Positions 47,486-62,130 of a DNA stretch of 64,000 nt are shown in pieces (position 1 is the stretch's first letter; each line of letters opens with the position of its first letter). The stretch spans positions 24,862,001 to 24,926,000 of the forward strand of contig OZ024755.1 of NCBI GenBank assembly GCA_964016885.1, written 5' to 3'. The position numbers and the translations under genes are program-made. Below the pieces are notes generated by a model, which searched no databases, had not been told where the DNA came from, and worked only from the letters and a program-made list of their open reading frames with translations. Source of the DNA: Eledone cirrhosa (Eukaryota).

Positions 47486-48536
47486 AAACTTTAAAAAATT
47501 TACAAAGAAAGGATAAGACAACGAACGGAAACAAGGCAAAACGAAAAACAATTTTTTAAGGGGAAATCTTAAAAAAATATTTTAAAAAAGCAAACAAACG
47601 AAAGACAGAATTCCAGGATCATCGCCCGTTAAGATGGACTTTGGCTGTTTCGACCCCTACCAACAGCACTATTGCCTCCCCCCACCCGGTGTCACAGCCT
47701 CTGACACAACCCAAAGCGCTGTCCAGTCGAATAAGATATATGACAAAACATTAAATTATAGCAATTAAGCTTCAACAAATACACATAGAACTTTGTGACG
47801 CCAGGGAGAAAGTCTCGTATTTTTATAGCACAAAGTCTCACGAATGCAACAAAGGAAAAGAGTAAGAAGAAAGTAATATATCGTTTTGATAAATGTAAAC
47901 CATTGAAATTAATCGTCACAGATTAATAATGATAAACTTAAGACAATTATATATATAGTTAAAGAAAGGACAACACAAACACTGATGCAAAAACACAAAG
48001 TCATATTATCACGCTTAGGATGAAGTAAAGGAGGGTTTGACGTTTCGAACGTATGTCTTTCTACAGGTAAGGGAGAGTTCGGAAAGAAAGAAAGAGCAGG
48101 TTGGAACACCGGGTTTTAGGAAAAAAAAATTTAAGAAGGTTGGTGGTCGTAGGTGAGTAATCTGGCATTCGGGAGTGATGGGGGAGATGGAGAGTCCAGG
48201 TATGTCATGGGTGTTGTTATGTGTACGCGGTTGGGGTGAATTTCGTAGGTGTGCGTCATTGCTTCTGTGTGTGTGTGTGTATACATGCGTGTTTGTGAGT
48301 CTTATATTGTTTCTGTGTGTAAGTGTGTTTATGTATGGATGTGTGTGTGTATCCCTGTGTATGAGTGAGCGTGTCTGTGTGGGTTTATAGTGTAATCTTT
48401 ATGTGTGTATGAGCACGTCCATACATTATATGTGTGTGTATATGTTTATGTGTGCATGTTTATTTCAACGTGTGTGTCTGTGCCCTTTTTGTATTGTTTG
48501 TGTGTGCGTGTGCGTGTTTATCTGTGTCTACCTTTA

Positions 48537-48568
<32 letters not shown>

Positions 48569-49269
48569 AAACATATATATATATATATGCTTCTGAAGGA
48601 GGCCAGCAGAAAAGATGTTAATTTTCAAGACTCATAGACTAGAGTTACATGAGCACAATAAATTATCCAGCACATTGGTATTTTCACACTGACACCATCT
48701 TTGCTTGTCTTCTTCATTCATTGTTTAACTCTTACACTTTCTCTCTATATATAAGTATATATAAACCCGTAGAGCAAATATTTATTATTAGCACAGTTTA
48801 AGCAAACAATTTCAACTCTCACCATAAAGCGGGATCTTTTGACATTGAGAAATATCAATCCGTTAATAACATTCCGATCAGTTTCCCGATAATCTTTTAC
48901 CTATCGACTTGATACAGGTTTCATCGGAGTGAACATACACCGCATTAGAGTTATTTGTTCATCGGACTTTTTCCTTTAAATCCTGTTGGAAGGGCTTGTT
49001 TCTCTTCTCGAAATTTAATACTCTGTATGAGTTCAAGTACAATCCTACTTGGAAGGTTATTATAAGTTTTGAATCCAAACTTTTCCTGATGTTTATCAGA
49101 TTTATCTTGCTGGTCGAAATACAAGGCACGCCAAACGTATCCTTTTTATGAAAGAATCTTTGGCATAAAATATTTCCAGGGCTTTAGCAGCACAAAGGTC
49201 ACAACTATATGTATAGAATAATGTGCTCATGAGTGGAAATATTATAAAATAGAAAAATAGAGTAAGTCT

Positions 49270-49735
49270 CCTTCTTTGCTCGGATGGCATCTTTGATCTC
49301 TTCATTGAACCAAGGAGACCTCTTGATTAAACCAAGAAAGAGTCCTGCCATGCGACGCCACACCAAGCGGCATTTAACAGATGGAGCAGAAATTGCTGCA
49401 CTGAACAATCTACACTCTGTCTCATTTAGTTTCATCAGGGAGTTCTCTGAATTTGGATGCAATAGTATCTGTATATCTAGTCCTGACTTCCTTATCCACC
49501 AATGCTTCCCATATTATCCTGTAGGTTGCCCTGGACCTGCCAGTTTTGCGGGCTTCTTTGGCTTTAGGTAGTCTCAAGTTTTAGATAACTAGATGGTGAT
49601 CAGATGACAGGTCAGCCCCTCTCTTTGCACAAACATCCAACACAGAATCAAAGAGATCAGAGACAATAACAAAATCAATTATTGATCCCTGTACCTGGTT
49701 CCCCATATACCATATATATTTATGGATGTCTCTGT
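49270..49735 (-). pseudogene. LINE apurinic endonuclease C-terminus and linker fragment (RTE-like)
   Basis: IDFVIVSDLFDSVLDVCAKRGADLSSDHHLV and SPWFNEEIKDAIRAKKE on the minus strand. Confidence 0.8.
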
Positions 49736-50194
49736 GCTAGAAGAAGGTGTTCATAATTGAGAGCCCATTGCTAGAACAGAAGGCAAACACATACACACAC
49801 ACACGCCCGCGTACACACATACACGCACACACAAGACATAATCCAAACCTTATACTTCCAAAACACTTAACCCTACTGCCAATATATATGTTAGTGAAGA
49901 TAATGATGGTGTCAAAGGTGAAACATACAAAATACATGATATAAGTAGATAGCATCTTAGCAGTTGGCACCTTCGCTAACTGTGATGTTGAGAGATGTTG
50001 CGAGATTTGCAGCCGACATAAGATGATTAGAATGTCCTGCTGTGAAATCTATGTACAGATATCTATTTGTCTGGGAATAAATCCAAACCCTACAACTATT
50101 CTTATAATCCGTGTCAGGCTTGTAGGATGTGTGTGTATGTGTGTGTGCATGTACGTGTGTATGTGTGCGGATGTATATTTGTGTGCATGCACGT

Positions 50195-50236
<42 letters not shown>

Positions 50237-50676
50237 ACGTGTGCGTGTGTGCGCGTGTGCACGTGTGCATGTGTTATTAAAACAGTTTCATAGAGAGTTA
50301 CTCTTCTTTAATTTATTCTTCACATTTCTTTCCCCGCCAGAGGGCGTGTAATGATTGTGTTCATGAAATGTTTATAGAATACTATTGACCTTGTATCTCC
50401 CTCCTTTTCCATATCTCTCACCCTATCTCTACCACTTATCACGTTCTATCTCCCTCCCCTTTTATCTCACCCACTCTCTCTCAGGGCTCACCCCCCTTCT
50501 ATTACGCTCGGTAATCATTCTCTCCCTCTTGTAGTAACCCCCCCCCCCCTTCTAGTCACCTCCTCCCACTGGCCTCTCTCTCATCATTCGCCTATTTTCT
50601 CTCTCCTCCTACCCCTCTGCTATCACATCACTCTCCACTTCTACCTCACTCAATCTAGCAAAAAATGGTTATAACA

Positions 50677-50867
50677 CAATTGTTTCTACTTTAGGCACAA
50701 GGCCAGCAATTACCCAGTACATTACTGGTACTTTATTTTATCGACCCCGTAAGGATGAAAGGCAAAGTTAACCTCGGCGGGATTTGAACTCAGACTATAA
50801 AGGGACGTAACTATGCTAGAAAGCATGGCGTCCAACCCTCTACCGATACTGCCAATTCACCGCCCAC
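50677..50867 (-). mobile_element. Full-length tRNA-derived SINE (dominant family)
   Basis: Head ggcggtgaattggcag, B-box gagttcaaatcc; 12-bp TSD ATGGTTATAACA. Confidence 0.92.
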
Positions 50868-51714
50868 ATGGTTATAACATAATACTTGTGTTTTATCATA
50901 TATATCGAAATCACTAGACGAATCTGAGAAACTTGCGAATCCCGAGTCAAGTTCGATCCCCAAACAGATCGCACCTCGAGCTGTTCACCAGAGAAACAAT
51001 TGTAATACGTAGTAAATTGTGTTCCCATGCATCACTGATTCTTCGTTTTCCATATTATTATAACCTGCTCCGAAGTAGTATAGAGTGCTCAACTGGCATA
51101 GCGCCTATGGACGCATCCAAGCAACCTTACTACAAACCCTCCCTCATTCTACTTTTGAAAAGCATAAAATCTATGAAACCGGTAAAGGTAACAAATAAAT
51201 ATTCTTAAAAAGACTTCAGTTGCAGTTTCGATTTCTTTTCCTTATATATATATATGTATATATATATAATAAAGGAACGATCGACTTTCGTCAAATCGGA
51301 CCGAGGGAACAATGTTTCGTTGGTCTTTCCAATTGCTAATACTATCTATCGGTCGCAACTCCAGGTAGAAGAAGCAACGTGAAATAAAGTGTCTTGCTCA
51401 AGGACATAACGCATCACCTGGTCCAGGAATCGAACTCACAACCTTACGATTGCGAATCCAATTCTCTAACCACTCAGCCACACGCCTTCATATATATATA
51501 TATATATATCAGAGGTAAAAAGAGGATTAACACAGATAGGTGATATAATAGGGTTTAATCCAAGCATTAACATGTTTCATCTCCAGGTGTTAAATTGATT
51601 TTTGTCTGGAAACCGCTATTCTCAATAATTAATTGACAATTGTGAAAACTCGATTTTAAATACATAAAATAATACAACGTGGCTGACGAATTTTCAAAAC
51701 ACAAAATAAAGACA

Positions 51715-51756
<42 letters not shown>

Positions 51757-51771
51757 GGGATATATGTATAT

Positions 51772-51854
<83 letters not shown>

Positions 51855-52059
51855 GATAACGAGTTATCGTTATAGGTAATCCAGTTAGAGGTTGTGAGTG
51901 TTCTGCGTCGTGGATAGTTTTAACGTACGGCTTTTTTTGACTCAACAAGATGCTTCCATAGTTATGCAGCGAGCTCGCGGTAATTTTTATGCAGGTTATA
52001 CTTGGAGTAATAATAGTTAAAGAATGAAGATTAGCATGGTTGGCTGTATAATATCTACA

Positions 52060-52168
52060 TGCTCTGATGTGTTGACCATAGGTGAATAATGTATTGGAGA
52101 TCGAATAACGCAACATCAAGCGATTAGCGAACTCTAGACCTATGTGATCAACGAAACAATTGTCAGTA
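52060..52168 (+). ncRNA. Hammerhead motif with long stem II, A9U variant
   Basis: Stem I UGCU/AGUA; CUGAUGU; stem II GUUGA-c-CAUAGGU..ACCUAUG-uga-UCAAC; GAAAC-AAUU-GUC; AATAAA at 52174. Flanked by IR 52031-52053 / 52185-52207. Confidence 0.7.
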
Positions 52169-52203
52169 CTTTAAATAAAGCCCTTATTGTACAGCCAACC
52201 ATG

Positions 52204-52244
<41 letters not shown>

Positions 52245-52287
52245 TAATTCTTTATATATATATAGAGAGAGAGATATACTAATTCTT

Positions 52288-53712
52288 TAGCAACAACTAC
52301 ACCAGCAATAATAACAACAACAACAACAGCAGCAATAACAGCAACAGCAATAATAACAACAACAACAACAGCAGCAGCAATAAGAGCAACAACAACAACA
52401 GCAGCAGCAATAATAGCAACAACAGCAGCAGCAATAATAGCAACAACAGCAGTAGAGCAACAACAACAACAGCAGCAGCAATAATAGCAACAACAGCAGC
52501 AGCAATAATAGCAACAACAGCTATAAGAGCAACAATAACAACAGCAGCAACAACAACAATAACAACAGCAGCAACAACAACGACAGCTACAAAAACAACA
52601 ATAGCAACGACTACAGCAACAAGAACATCATAAACAACGCCAGCAACAGCAACGCCAGCAACACGACCAACAGTAACATGAAGAAGGAAAACAATGAGAC
52701 AGGAGAAGCTGGAGGAGGAGGGTGAGAAGCTGGAGGAGGAGGGGGAGAAGCTGGAGGAGGAGGGGGAGAAGGAGGAGCTGGAGGAGGAGAAGGAGAAGCT
52801 GGAGGGAGAGCTGGAGGGGGAGCTGGAGAAGCTGGAGGAGTAGAAGGAGGAGGTGAAGGGGAGTAAAGAAACCTATTGTTCTTCTAGTCACCTCCTCCCT
52901 CTCCGTTAATGGCTTAAATCACACCACCCTCTCTGCTAATTATTTAAAATCCCTCCCCCTCTCTGTCTATTGCTTAAATTGTCCCCCCCCCCTTCTGGCA
53001 CCCTCTGTTGATTGCTTGAATCATTATCTCCCCCTTCCTCCCTCTGTTGATTGTTTAACTCGTCTTCTCCCCCTCCTGTTGATTGCTTAAACAATTCGCT
53101 CCCTTCCCCTCCTGTTGATTGCTTAAATGATTCTCTCCCTTCCCCCATCTCCCTCCCTCTCTCTCATCCTATCTCTCTCCCCCTCTCTCACATCCTATCA
53201 TATTCCACTCTGTTGGTTGTTTTCTAGTTTCTTGTCTTATTCTGTGGAATTGGAGAAGGAATAAGTGTGGCATTTATGTACTTTATTTCAGCTGTTGTTT
53301 TGTTGGGGGGGGGGGGGTAAGGTGAGTGGGGTGAGGGGACGAGGGGAAGGGGTGAGGGGGTGAGAGATGGGGTGAATGTGGGGAACGGTGAGTGAGGGAG
53401 GGTTAAGTGGGGGAGGGTTGAGTGGAAAAGGGTTGAGGGGTGGTGGGGTGAGTGGGGGAACGGTGAGTGAGTGGGTGTGCGAGAAAGGGGTGAGGGGTGT
53501 GCGAGAAAGAGGTGAGTGTGTGTGTGTGTGGGGGGGGGTCGTGCTATGGGCGGGGGGGTCGTGCTATGGGGGGGGGCAATAGGGAAGGCAGTGCGGGTTA
53601 CCGAGCGGGGGGGGGGGGGGGGGAAGACTACCACTATTACTACTACCACCACCGCATCTACCACCACCACCACTACTGCTGCTGCTACTACTACTACTGC
53701 TGCTGATGCTGC
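52288..53712. repeat. Low-complexity block: (CAA/CAG)n, (GGA)n, C-rich ~33-bp repeats, G-rich tract, (CTA/CCA)n
   Basis: Direct inspection. Confidence 0.9.
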
Positions 53713-54706
53713 GACCACACCATTTATTTCTTTTCTTTTATCTGGTAACTCCCGAGGGAGTGGCAGTGACGCCATATTGACAGAACGTCGTTTCTAGGGC
53801 ACTTTTAAAACCTGGCGGGGCCCATCCCCTTTCATGATCTGAATATAACAGATTTCTTACAGAGAAGTATATATAGAGAGAGTGAGAGAATGGAAGTGAG
53901 AAAGATATATATATAGAGAGGAAGAATCAACCCCAGTATTTGGCTGGTACTTTTTTTTATCGACCTGTATTTCTCATACTAGGAACTCAGGAGAGTCAGC
54001 GACCATCTAATAGATTTTTTTTGTGGAGCGACAGGCCCATAGTCTTCTTTAAGACATCTCTCTAGAAGGTCACTCTGTGATAAAACCTGCGACACCATTT
54101 GCATCCAATTATGTAGACCAGTTCTAATTTTTGGGGTAAATCTATTCGATGTTCAGAGAGTGGGATTGGCTCCGTGCAAAGCTTTTCCTCGCTGAAAAAA
54201 GCTTCAAGCACAGGCATCGCTTGATATGTGACATTTTTTTTTGCGATGCATGGCATTGCTGGCCATAGGTAAGCCCCTAGTAGGACTAAAAGGCCACGTC
54301 TGTGATCCTCATGTTTAAGTATCAAACGATGGCATTACTCGAAATCGAGTTGCAGCGATCATATATTAAAACTCACCTTACGGTCTTCAGTTGCTCTACA
54401 CCTCGGAATTTTTAATCAATTTGATATCAGGCGAAGAGAAACTGGCCTAGGTTTTACGATAGACGACCAAAAACTTTGGACGCGTTTGAACTTACTACTC
54501 CTAAAATTATCCTTTTCGTCCACATAGAACTTTTCACTCTTCTTTTTACAAAACCCTTCACCCTGATTAAATATACCTATTTACATTCCTGCTCAGGTAT
54601 TTAAAAACATCTTGATTAGTAGTCTCATATATCTTTTATACTCTACTTCTATGTTAAACTGTCATGAATGTTTAATCGTTAGCCATCTTAGACGTCTGTA
54701 TTTAAT

Positions 54707-54890
54707 TGTTTCTACTTTAGGCACAAGGCCAGCAATTACCCAGTGCATTACTGGTACTTTATTTTATCGACCCCGTAAGGATGAAAGGCAAAGTCAACCT
54801 CGGCGGGATTTGAACTCAGATCGTAAAGGGACGTAACTATGCTGGAAAGCATGGCGTCCGACCCTCTACCGATACTGCCAATCCACCGCC
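54707..54890 (-). mobile_element. Full-length tRNA-derived SINE (dominant family)
   Basis: Near-identical to 50677-50867; 11-bp TSD CTGTATTTAAT. Confidence 0.92.
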
Positions 54891-54942
54891 CTGTATTTAA
54901 TGAACCGAAATTTTATTTCATATATATATATATGTATATATG

Positions 54943-55004
<62 letters not shown>

Positions 55005-55281
55005 GCTTTTTTATATGTATATGTGTATATATCTGTATGGGTGTATATATATATGTGTGTATGTGTGTTGCTTTTTTATATGTATATGTATATATATGTA
55101 TATATGGGTGTATATATGATTATATGTGTACGTGTGGGTTTGTATATGTATGTACTGCTATATATGTGTGTATATGTATTTAAATACTCATATAAATATC
55201 AATGTGTGTATATGTATATATATATATATATATATGAATGTCAATGAGTGTATATATATATATATATATGAATGTCAATGA

Positions 55282-55336
<55 letters not shown>

Positions 55337-55345
55337 TGTCAATGA

Positions 55346-55394
<49 letters not shown>

Positions 55395-57374
55395 TATATA
55401 TATGAATGTCAATGTATATATATATATATATGTTGTATTTTTGTGTGTATATTTGTAAGTATATGTATACTGTATTTTACTCACTATTTGCATGTTAATA
55501 CATCTTAAGTTATAAGTTGCTTAGGCACTAAATCTTCACTAAATTATAGATATGTTTATTACTGCATTACGCCTCGATGAATTTTTATTGTTTTTCTTAA
55601 TATATTCTAATAATTTTATAACTTCAATTAAGTGTGATTGACCTTATATTTTCTAGTTGTATACCTATAACTCTAATTTAGTAAGTAGTATATGTGTGTC
55701 ATTCTATGATAGTTCGTAAAATATTTGAAGTTACTGAACGTTAAATTTTACTTTTTTTTCACTGATAAATTTTAATTACGTTTTTAGGGTTCCATATATT
55801 TCTATCGCTTTTCCAACAATATTTGAATGGTATTGTTTATATATTTTTCGCTCTCCCAATATAATTCATGGACATGTAAGTTAAATATTATTTGCAATTA
55901 ATCGATTCTGACAGGAATAGAATATTGTATTTAGTCTAACGAAACGGTCGTAAATAAATTAAATGATTTAATTGAAATTTTTGTTAAACCTTTATTCTTG
56001 AGATATATATATATATATATATATATTTCGCTTTATCGCGTTCTCTTTCTTTCATCTTCTCTTTGTTATTTATCTGATTGTCTTTCTTTTTCATCCATTC
56101 TTTCTTTTTTTTCATTCTGTTAGCCCCCTCCTTCTTTCCCCCTATTTTTTTTCAGAGATATTTCTAGAACAGTATCCTGATAACAACACTATGATATCTT
56201 GCTCCTCCTAGACACATATGCACAGACATTCACATCAACACACTTACATACATACACACATACGCACACATACAGACACACTTCAACACACACGCACATA
56301 CGTACACACACATACACGCACACAAACATATACATACATACACATGCATACACACAGACAGACAAACATACATACACCTACACGCACACACAGAGGCAAA
56401 CATACATATATATACACAGACAGACAAACATACACCTACACACATAGAGGCAAACATACATACATACATATGTAGACAGACAGACAGACAAACATACACC
56501 TACACACACAGAGGCATACATACATATATATATATACACACAGAAAGACAAAGAAACACATACATATACATACGTACATATACACACAGAGACAAATATA
56601 CATATTGCACATATGCGCACGCATATTTCGGCATTTGTTCACGTCTATTTTCTCTCGTTTGTTTTCTCAGTCAAAGACCCAGTGGAAATACCAATATCTC
56701 TTCAACCCTCTTCTCCTAGCAACTCTGCTTATCTTCATTCTTATTATTCTTGTTTTGTTTTCTCATTCCTTTATTCTTTTATCTTCTTATTCTCTTACTC
56801 GATCCTCAACTTGTTCTGTTATTTATTTTGCAGACATAAGACAAAAGCTCACAAGAATTGTTTCTACACAAACATAAAGCAGCCTAGAATGGAGGTGTCC
56901 GTCTAGAATTTACACACAACTGTGTTTGATCGTTTGGGAAGATAAATAATTATTTTCCAACTGAGGCTGCATGCCAGGCATTTTAGTGGATTCAATTATT
57001 TGACTGAATGATATCATTGGTAGTAATTATTTTAACGAATCGACCTCGGAATGATGAAACACAAAGTGAACTCAGGCAGGATTTGGAATACAAAAGCGCA
57101 AAAAAACAAAAACAAATATAAACGAACAAACAGACAGACAGACAAGACGTTTATCACCAACAGGACTCAATAAAAAGTTAAATAAAATAAATTAATCAGA
57201 GCTAGTAAAACATGCACGTGAAACTGGTTCAGATATTGCAGAATCTCGAATATAAAATACAATATATATACTTTAATAAACGGATCGATACTGGAGTCTG
57301 GTCTATCCCATCCATATGGATCCTGAACCAATCAGCTGTGAAATGTGTGTAACGGTTGATAATAAATGAAAACG

Positions 57375-58069
57375 AATATTAGAATCGAATTGGAAAATCG
57401 AAGAAGCTTTAAAAATGGGTGCCATATGAATTGAACGAAAACCAGAAAAATCGCCATTACGAAGCTTGCTCTTCACTTCTTTTGTACAACAAAAACGATC
57501 CAAAGCTTCATCGCATTGTAATCTACGATGAAAATAAATCATATAATAACAACCAACGTTATTCACTGCAATGGGTAAACCGAAATTAAGCTTCTAAAAC
57601 CTTCCCAAAGACGAAGTTGCACAAAAGAAAGCTATGCTGATTGTTTGCTGATCTGGAGCTGGATTAATTCTCTACAGCTTTCTGAATTCTGACCAAACAA
57701 TCAGAGAAATATTGTGACAAAATCGATGATATGCATAAAAATCTGCAGCATATGGGCCCAGCATTGGTGAATCAAAAAGGTCGACCACACATCACACAAC
57801 TAACATTCGAGAAGTTAAAAAATTAGGCTACGAAACTCAACTTTCAATGTACTGCAAGAAAAAGTCTTCAACAACCGAACAGCCGCAAAGAATCCTTTGA
57901 AGAATTTATCGCCTCCAGAACACTAGAATTCTATGTTACCAAAATAAATAAAATTGTATCCTGTTGGCAGAAATGTTTATATTCTAATGCGTTTTATTCC
58001 GATCAATAATGTTTATTCTGGATTGAGATATGTCGTTTTGAGATGCCTTAACTTCTGTACAACCTGATA
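57375..58069 (+). mobile_element. Decayed mariner (Hsmar1/SETMAR-like) transposase with right TIR
   Basis: RIGKSKKL*KWVPYELNENQKNRHYEACSSLL, RIVIYDE, GLILYSFL, PALVNQKG, EEFIASRTLEFY..INKIVSCWQKC; ends ttctgtacaacctga|TA. Confidence 0.9.
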
Positions 58070-58099
58070 CACCAGAAAAATGTATCAGGTTGTACAGAA

Positions 58100-58385
58100 C
58101 GATTTCTTTGATGTTCCCCGAGGGCCGTTTGACAGAGCGGATATTTGCGATTTGGTGTGGCTCTTTATCCTAGATACCTTACTTAGTAAATTGCCGTATT
58201 TTCAGGCGGCTTTATACCATGACGATGGTCTTAAAAATAACCACGACTTCGACACTTTTATGAAAGACTTAAACCTCACGTTTATGGAGTTAGAGCTAAC
58301 AATCACTGTATCTACCAACCGTACTAGTTTTAACTTCTTAGACTTTAACCTAGACCTACGTATACACACCCATAAACCATTATTA
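58100..58385 (+). pseudogene. Penelope-like RT fragment (Naiad-like motifs)
   Basis: FDVPRGPFDRADICDLVWLFIL..ALYHDDGL..LTITVSTN..FNFLDFNLDL..HKP matches the FDV.MG.FDGAE.C.LVGL / LYRDDGL / VNFLD pattern. Confidence 0.75.
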
Positions 58386-58811
58386 ACATTGCTTCTTAAG
58401 AATACCGACTGCGGTGCAATACCAAACGTAGAAGCGGACATCGATAGCCTGATCCAAATATTAGCATTGAGTGCTCAAACTAGTAAACCAATAGTAACTA
58501 AACTTTACACACAAATGTTTACATTACATAGCAAAAATACAAAGGAGCATATCACAGACATCTAAAATAATTAAACCGTTCCACATATAATTCAATAAAA
58601 TATTTATATATCATATGAATACCACTTTATATTTATATATATACCCTTGTTTTATTTTATATATATATATATAGTAATTTTGTTTTGAAAGAGCGAACGA
58701 GTTTGAAATTGGAAATAGAAGGTTTCGCCGTATTTTTTTTTTACTAAATAAATTTTAGCCTAATAGTCGGGTTTAGAACCCTCTAAGCAATGGAAAAAGA
58801 TAAGTATTGAC

Positions 58812-58868
<57 letters not shown>

Positions 58869-60127
58869 ATAAACGTGTATGTGTAATCTGTAGCTATGTT
58901 CTCCTTTGTGGGTTCTATCCATCTTGTCCAGGCTCGCTTTGGTTATGTGATGTTATAATGCTGTTAACTTTATGCTATGTAAGACCGGTATATACTTCAT
59001 ACCAAAGTTTCTCAGTTGATCAAAGCAAACCTATCTTTCTGCCATAAAATAAACGACAATATCATTGGAGGTACTAAATAAAGTAAAAAAATGTGAAAAC
59101 ATCCACTCGAAATATAATCGACGCCATCTTGTCCCGTCACAGTCGCGGCAGAGAACGTTTTGTCACGCTGTTTATTCCACGCTATTCTCTTCACAGTTAT
59201 TTAGGGCGAAATTACTTCGTTGTATTTGATTATAGTAAATGAAAACATACTCCCGCACTGGTAGCATTACATATATATGGGTGTGCGTGTGTGTGTCTGT
59301 ATATATATATATATATGAGTGTGTGTGTGTTTAGGACATTTGTACGCCAGGAAAACAGATATAGGATAATAGTGGATGTTTATATAACATAATTTCTCCT
59401 TACCAAAATGAACATGTTTCGGTGGGATGTGCAGCTTCGAGGACTGCCAACAGTTCTACCACATACTACACCACTACAGTACTCACTACAAGAACACTAC
59501 CTACACTCTTCCGAGAAGGATACATAAATACGTTCCAGTAAACTCCATTGTACTACTGGTATATATACATAATTTATGACCTTAAGACACTTCCTTATGA
59601 CACGCTGACTTCGTAACTAGTCAAAAGAAGGTAATATTTCAATATTGAAGCGATGGCATTGAAAGATTTATTAGCTAACGCCAGTGATGCGCATTTTATT
59701 TAATGGCGGTGATAGCTAACTTATTCTGATGACGACCGAGAAAGGATTCTCTTTGTTTACAAAAACTCATAATTATTTTTATTTCTTTTTCTAGCTTTTA
59801 TTTATATCTGTTTAGTTTCTATCACATTCTCAGGTTTTAGTATTCTGGTTTTAGTTTTAAATTTGTTTTTCCATTGTTCATTCCTTGAAACTACGCCAAA
59901 TTAACATATTTGGTCTATTTTAAAGTGGTAGGTACATTGACGGTACACACACCCACACTCACACACATATATATATAAGTACATAAATACACACATATAA
60001 GTAGAAGCAAATATAAAAACACAAATACTTAGATATACGCACTTAGAGAATTAAGCATGAAAAACGTCATACATATGTCATATATACAAAGACATATGGG
60101 TAGATGAATAAAAATATATATAGTTAA

Positions 60128-60268
<141 letters not shown>

Positions 60269-60523
60269 GTAGCTATATGTAAATACATACATATGTATAT
60301 AGAAGTGCATACAGAAATAAATACTTGAAACACACTTATAAAACAAGATAAGATTATCTTATATGGCATTGTACAAAGAACTGTACATTGAGAAACACAA
60401 GAAATCGAGATATATGACCAATAAAATATAGAAATACATACATTGAGTGAAACAAGAGGAAATACATTATGATATATGTATACACATACACACAGAAATA
60501 TATATCCTAACTCTATTATATAG

Positions 60524-60558
<35 letters not shown>

Positions 60559-60726
60559 TATACAAAAATATATATCCTAACTCTATTATATATATATATA
60601 TATATATGAAAAACATGGGGAGAAGAATACTGCATGGTTGCACATGGATTACATATTATAAAATTAGTCCCCCATCAGTGATTTGCCAACGATCATTGGT
60701 ATTTCATCGCATTTATATATATATGT

Positions 60727-60912
60727 AAAGATTCAGGAGCCCGACTGGTGAGCTCCGGCCGTTTCGAGAGCTAGTTTGGATCTAGCTGTCGAAAGTCCGG
60801 AGCTCAGCCGTCGGGGTCCTGAATTTTTTCATATTACCCACTCTACTACCCCAAGTATTGAGTACTCTGGTGTGTTATGGTCCACCTGGTATCTTACCAC
60901 ACCTTCTTTGTT
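60727..60912 (+). mobile_element. Copy of the aagagtcaggacc palindromic family
   Basis: Aligns with 30387-30578. Confidence 0.8.
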
Positions 60913-61531
60913 ATATATATATATATATGTTTTAAGACATTGCTTACTAATGAGGTTAGGGTGTCTTTATTTATTAATTAATTATCTTAATTAATATCTA
61001 TTTCTTTGCCGAAACGAAACTGTGGTATAATCCCGATTTTGTAGGTAAAATTATATTTATATTTCAAAATGTATATTTTGCTTGCAATGCTTACTTTTAA
61101 TATATTGTAAATTTTTACATCTAAATATAATAAAAAAAAAATTAAGCTCTACAAATTATAGCTTTTAGTGTATATATACTATTTGAGCTGTTTAAGGTGC
61201 AATATGACTGAAATACATTTATTTTAGTCTATTCATATATATATACACACACACACACACATATATATATAAGAGACCCCATTTCGTAATAACTCTTTCT
61301 TCTAATTTCAACAAATTTTGCCTACTTTTTACTAGTACTCTACTCACTTGATTATATATATATATATAAATAATTATTTATACTAAACTCGTCCTATGGA
61401 CTGATTTTTCTTACTTTTGGATATTCCCACTTAATTTTTACATCAGTATGTATGTATGTATGTATGTATGTATGTATGTATGTATGTATGTATGTATGTA
61501 TGTATGTCAGTCAGTATATATGTATGTATGT

Positions 61532-62130
61532 CAGGTCACCAGTTGGTGCTACTGGTAACATGTATCCCAGTACAACCTGTCTCATGGTCGGGTCGTTGGC
61601 GACTAAACTGGCAACCCCACCAAGGTTTCTTGGTGAGGAGGGTGACTTTGGACATCCTGCAGGACTAAAAACAAAACCTGTCAAAGGAGCTCTTAAGAGT
61701 CAATGGCCATCCAAAATCACCGGGAGAGATGACCCCTTAGCCTTTGTCAAGGCAGAATTCTAGGAGAAGGAAAACTCTGATATAACACCTGCAACTCTGA
61801 TGGTATCCAATGATGTTGACTTGTTCTTCTTTTTGGTAAATATCATCTTGGTTAAGAGAGTTGGACTGGCTTTGTGCAGTACCTTTGCTCACTATAAAAG
61901 CTTCACGGCACAGGCATTGCTTTATATCTGGAGATCTCTCTGCACTTGTCGTCACATGGTACCATGGGCCCAGCACTATGTGTCAATAATTGTCACAAGT
62001 GTAGTGTTTGTACCAGAGTTTTCAAGTCGCTGGCTGGACTAAAAAGTCACACTCGTTCAGCGCATCGGTAGGGGTTCTCCTACGTGGATATAAAGTAGTG
62101 GCCGTACTCGAAAACGAGTTGGCAGCCACC
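61532..62130 (+). mobile_element. ~600-bp (TATG)n-embedded element; copy 2
   Basis: Same ends (caggtcacc...gcagccacc) and body as 11251-11851. Confidence 0.8.

Noticed and set aside
50677-50867. tRNA gene
   Set aside because: A/B-box-like head only; it has the body and TSD of a SINE and no cloverleaf.
52287-52891. Poly-Q/N/E or Cys-rich coding region
   Set aside because: Trinucleotide repeats with frame changes and stops; no start or splice support.
59722-59755. CUGAUGA..GAAA hammerhead-like match
   Set aside because: No credible stem I or stem II; probably chance.
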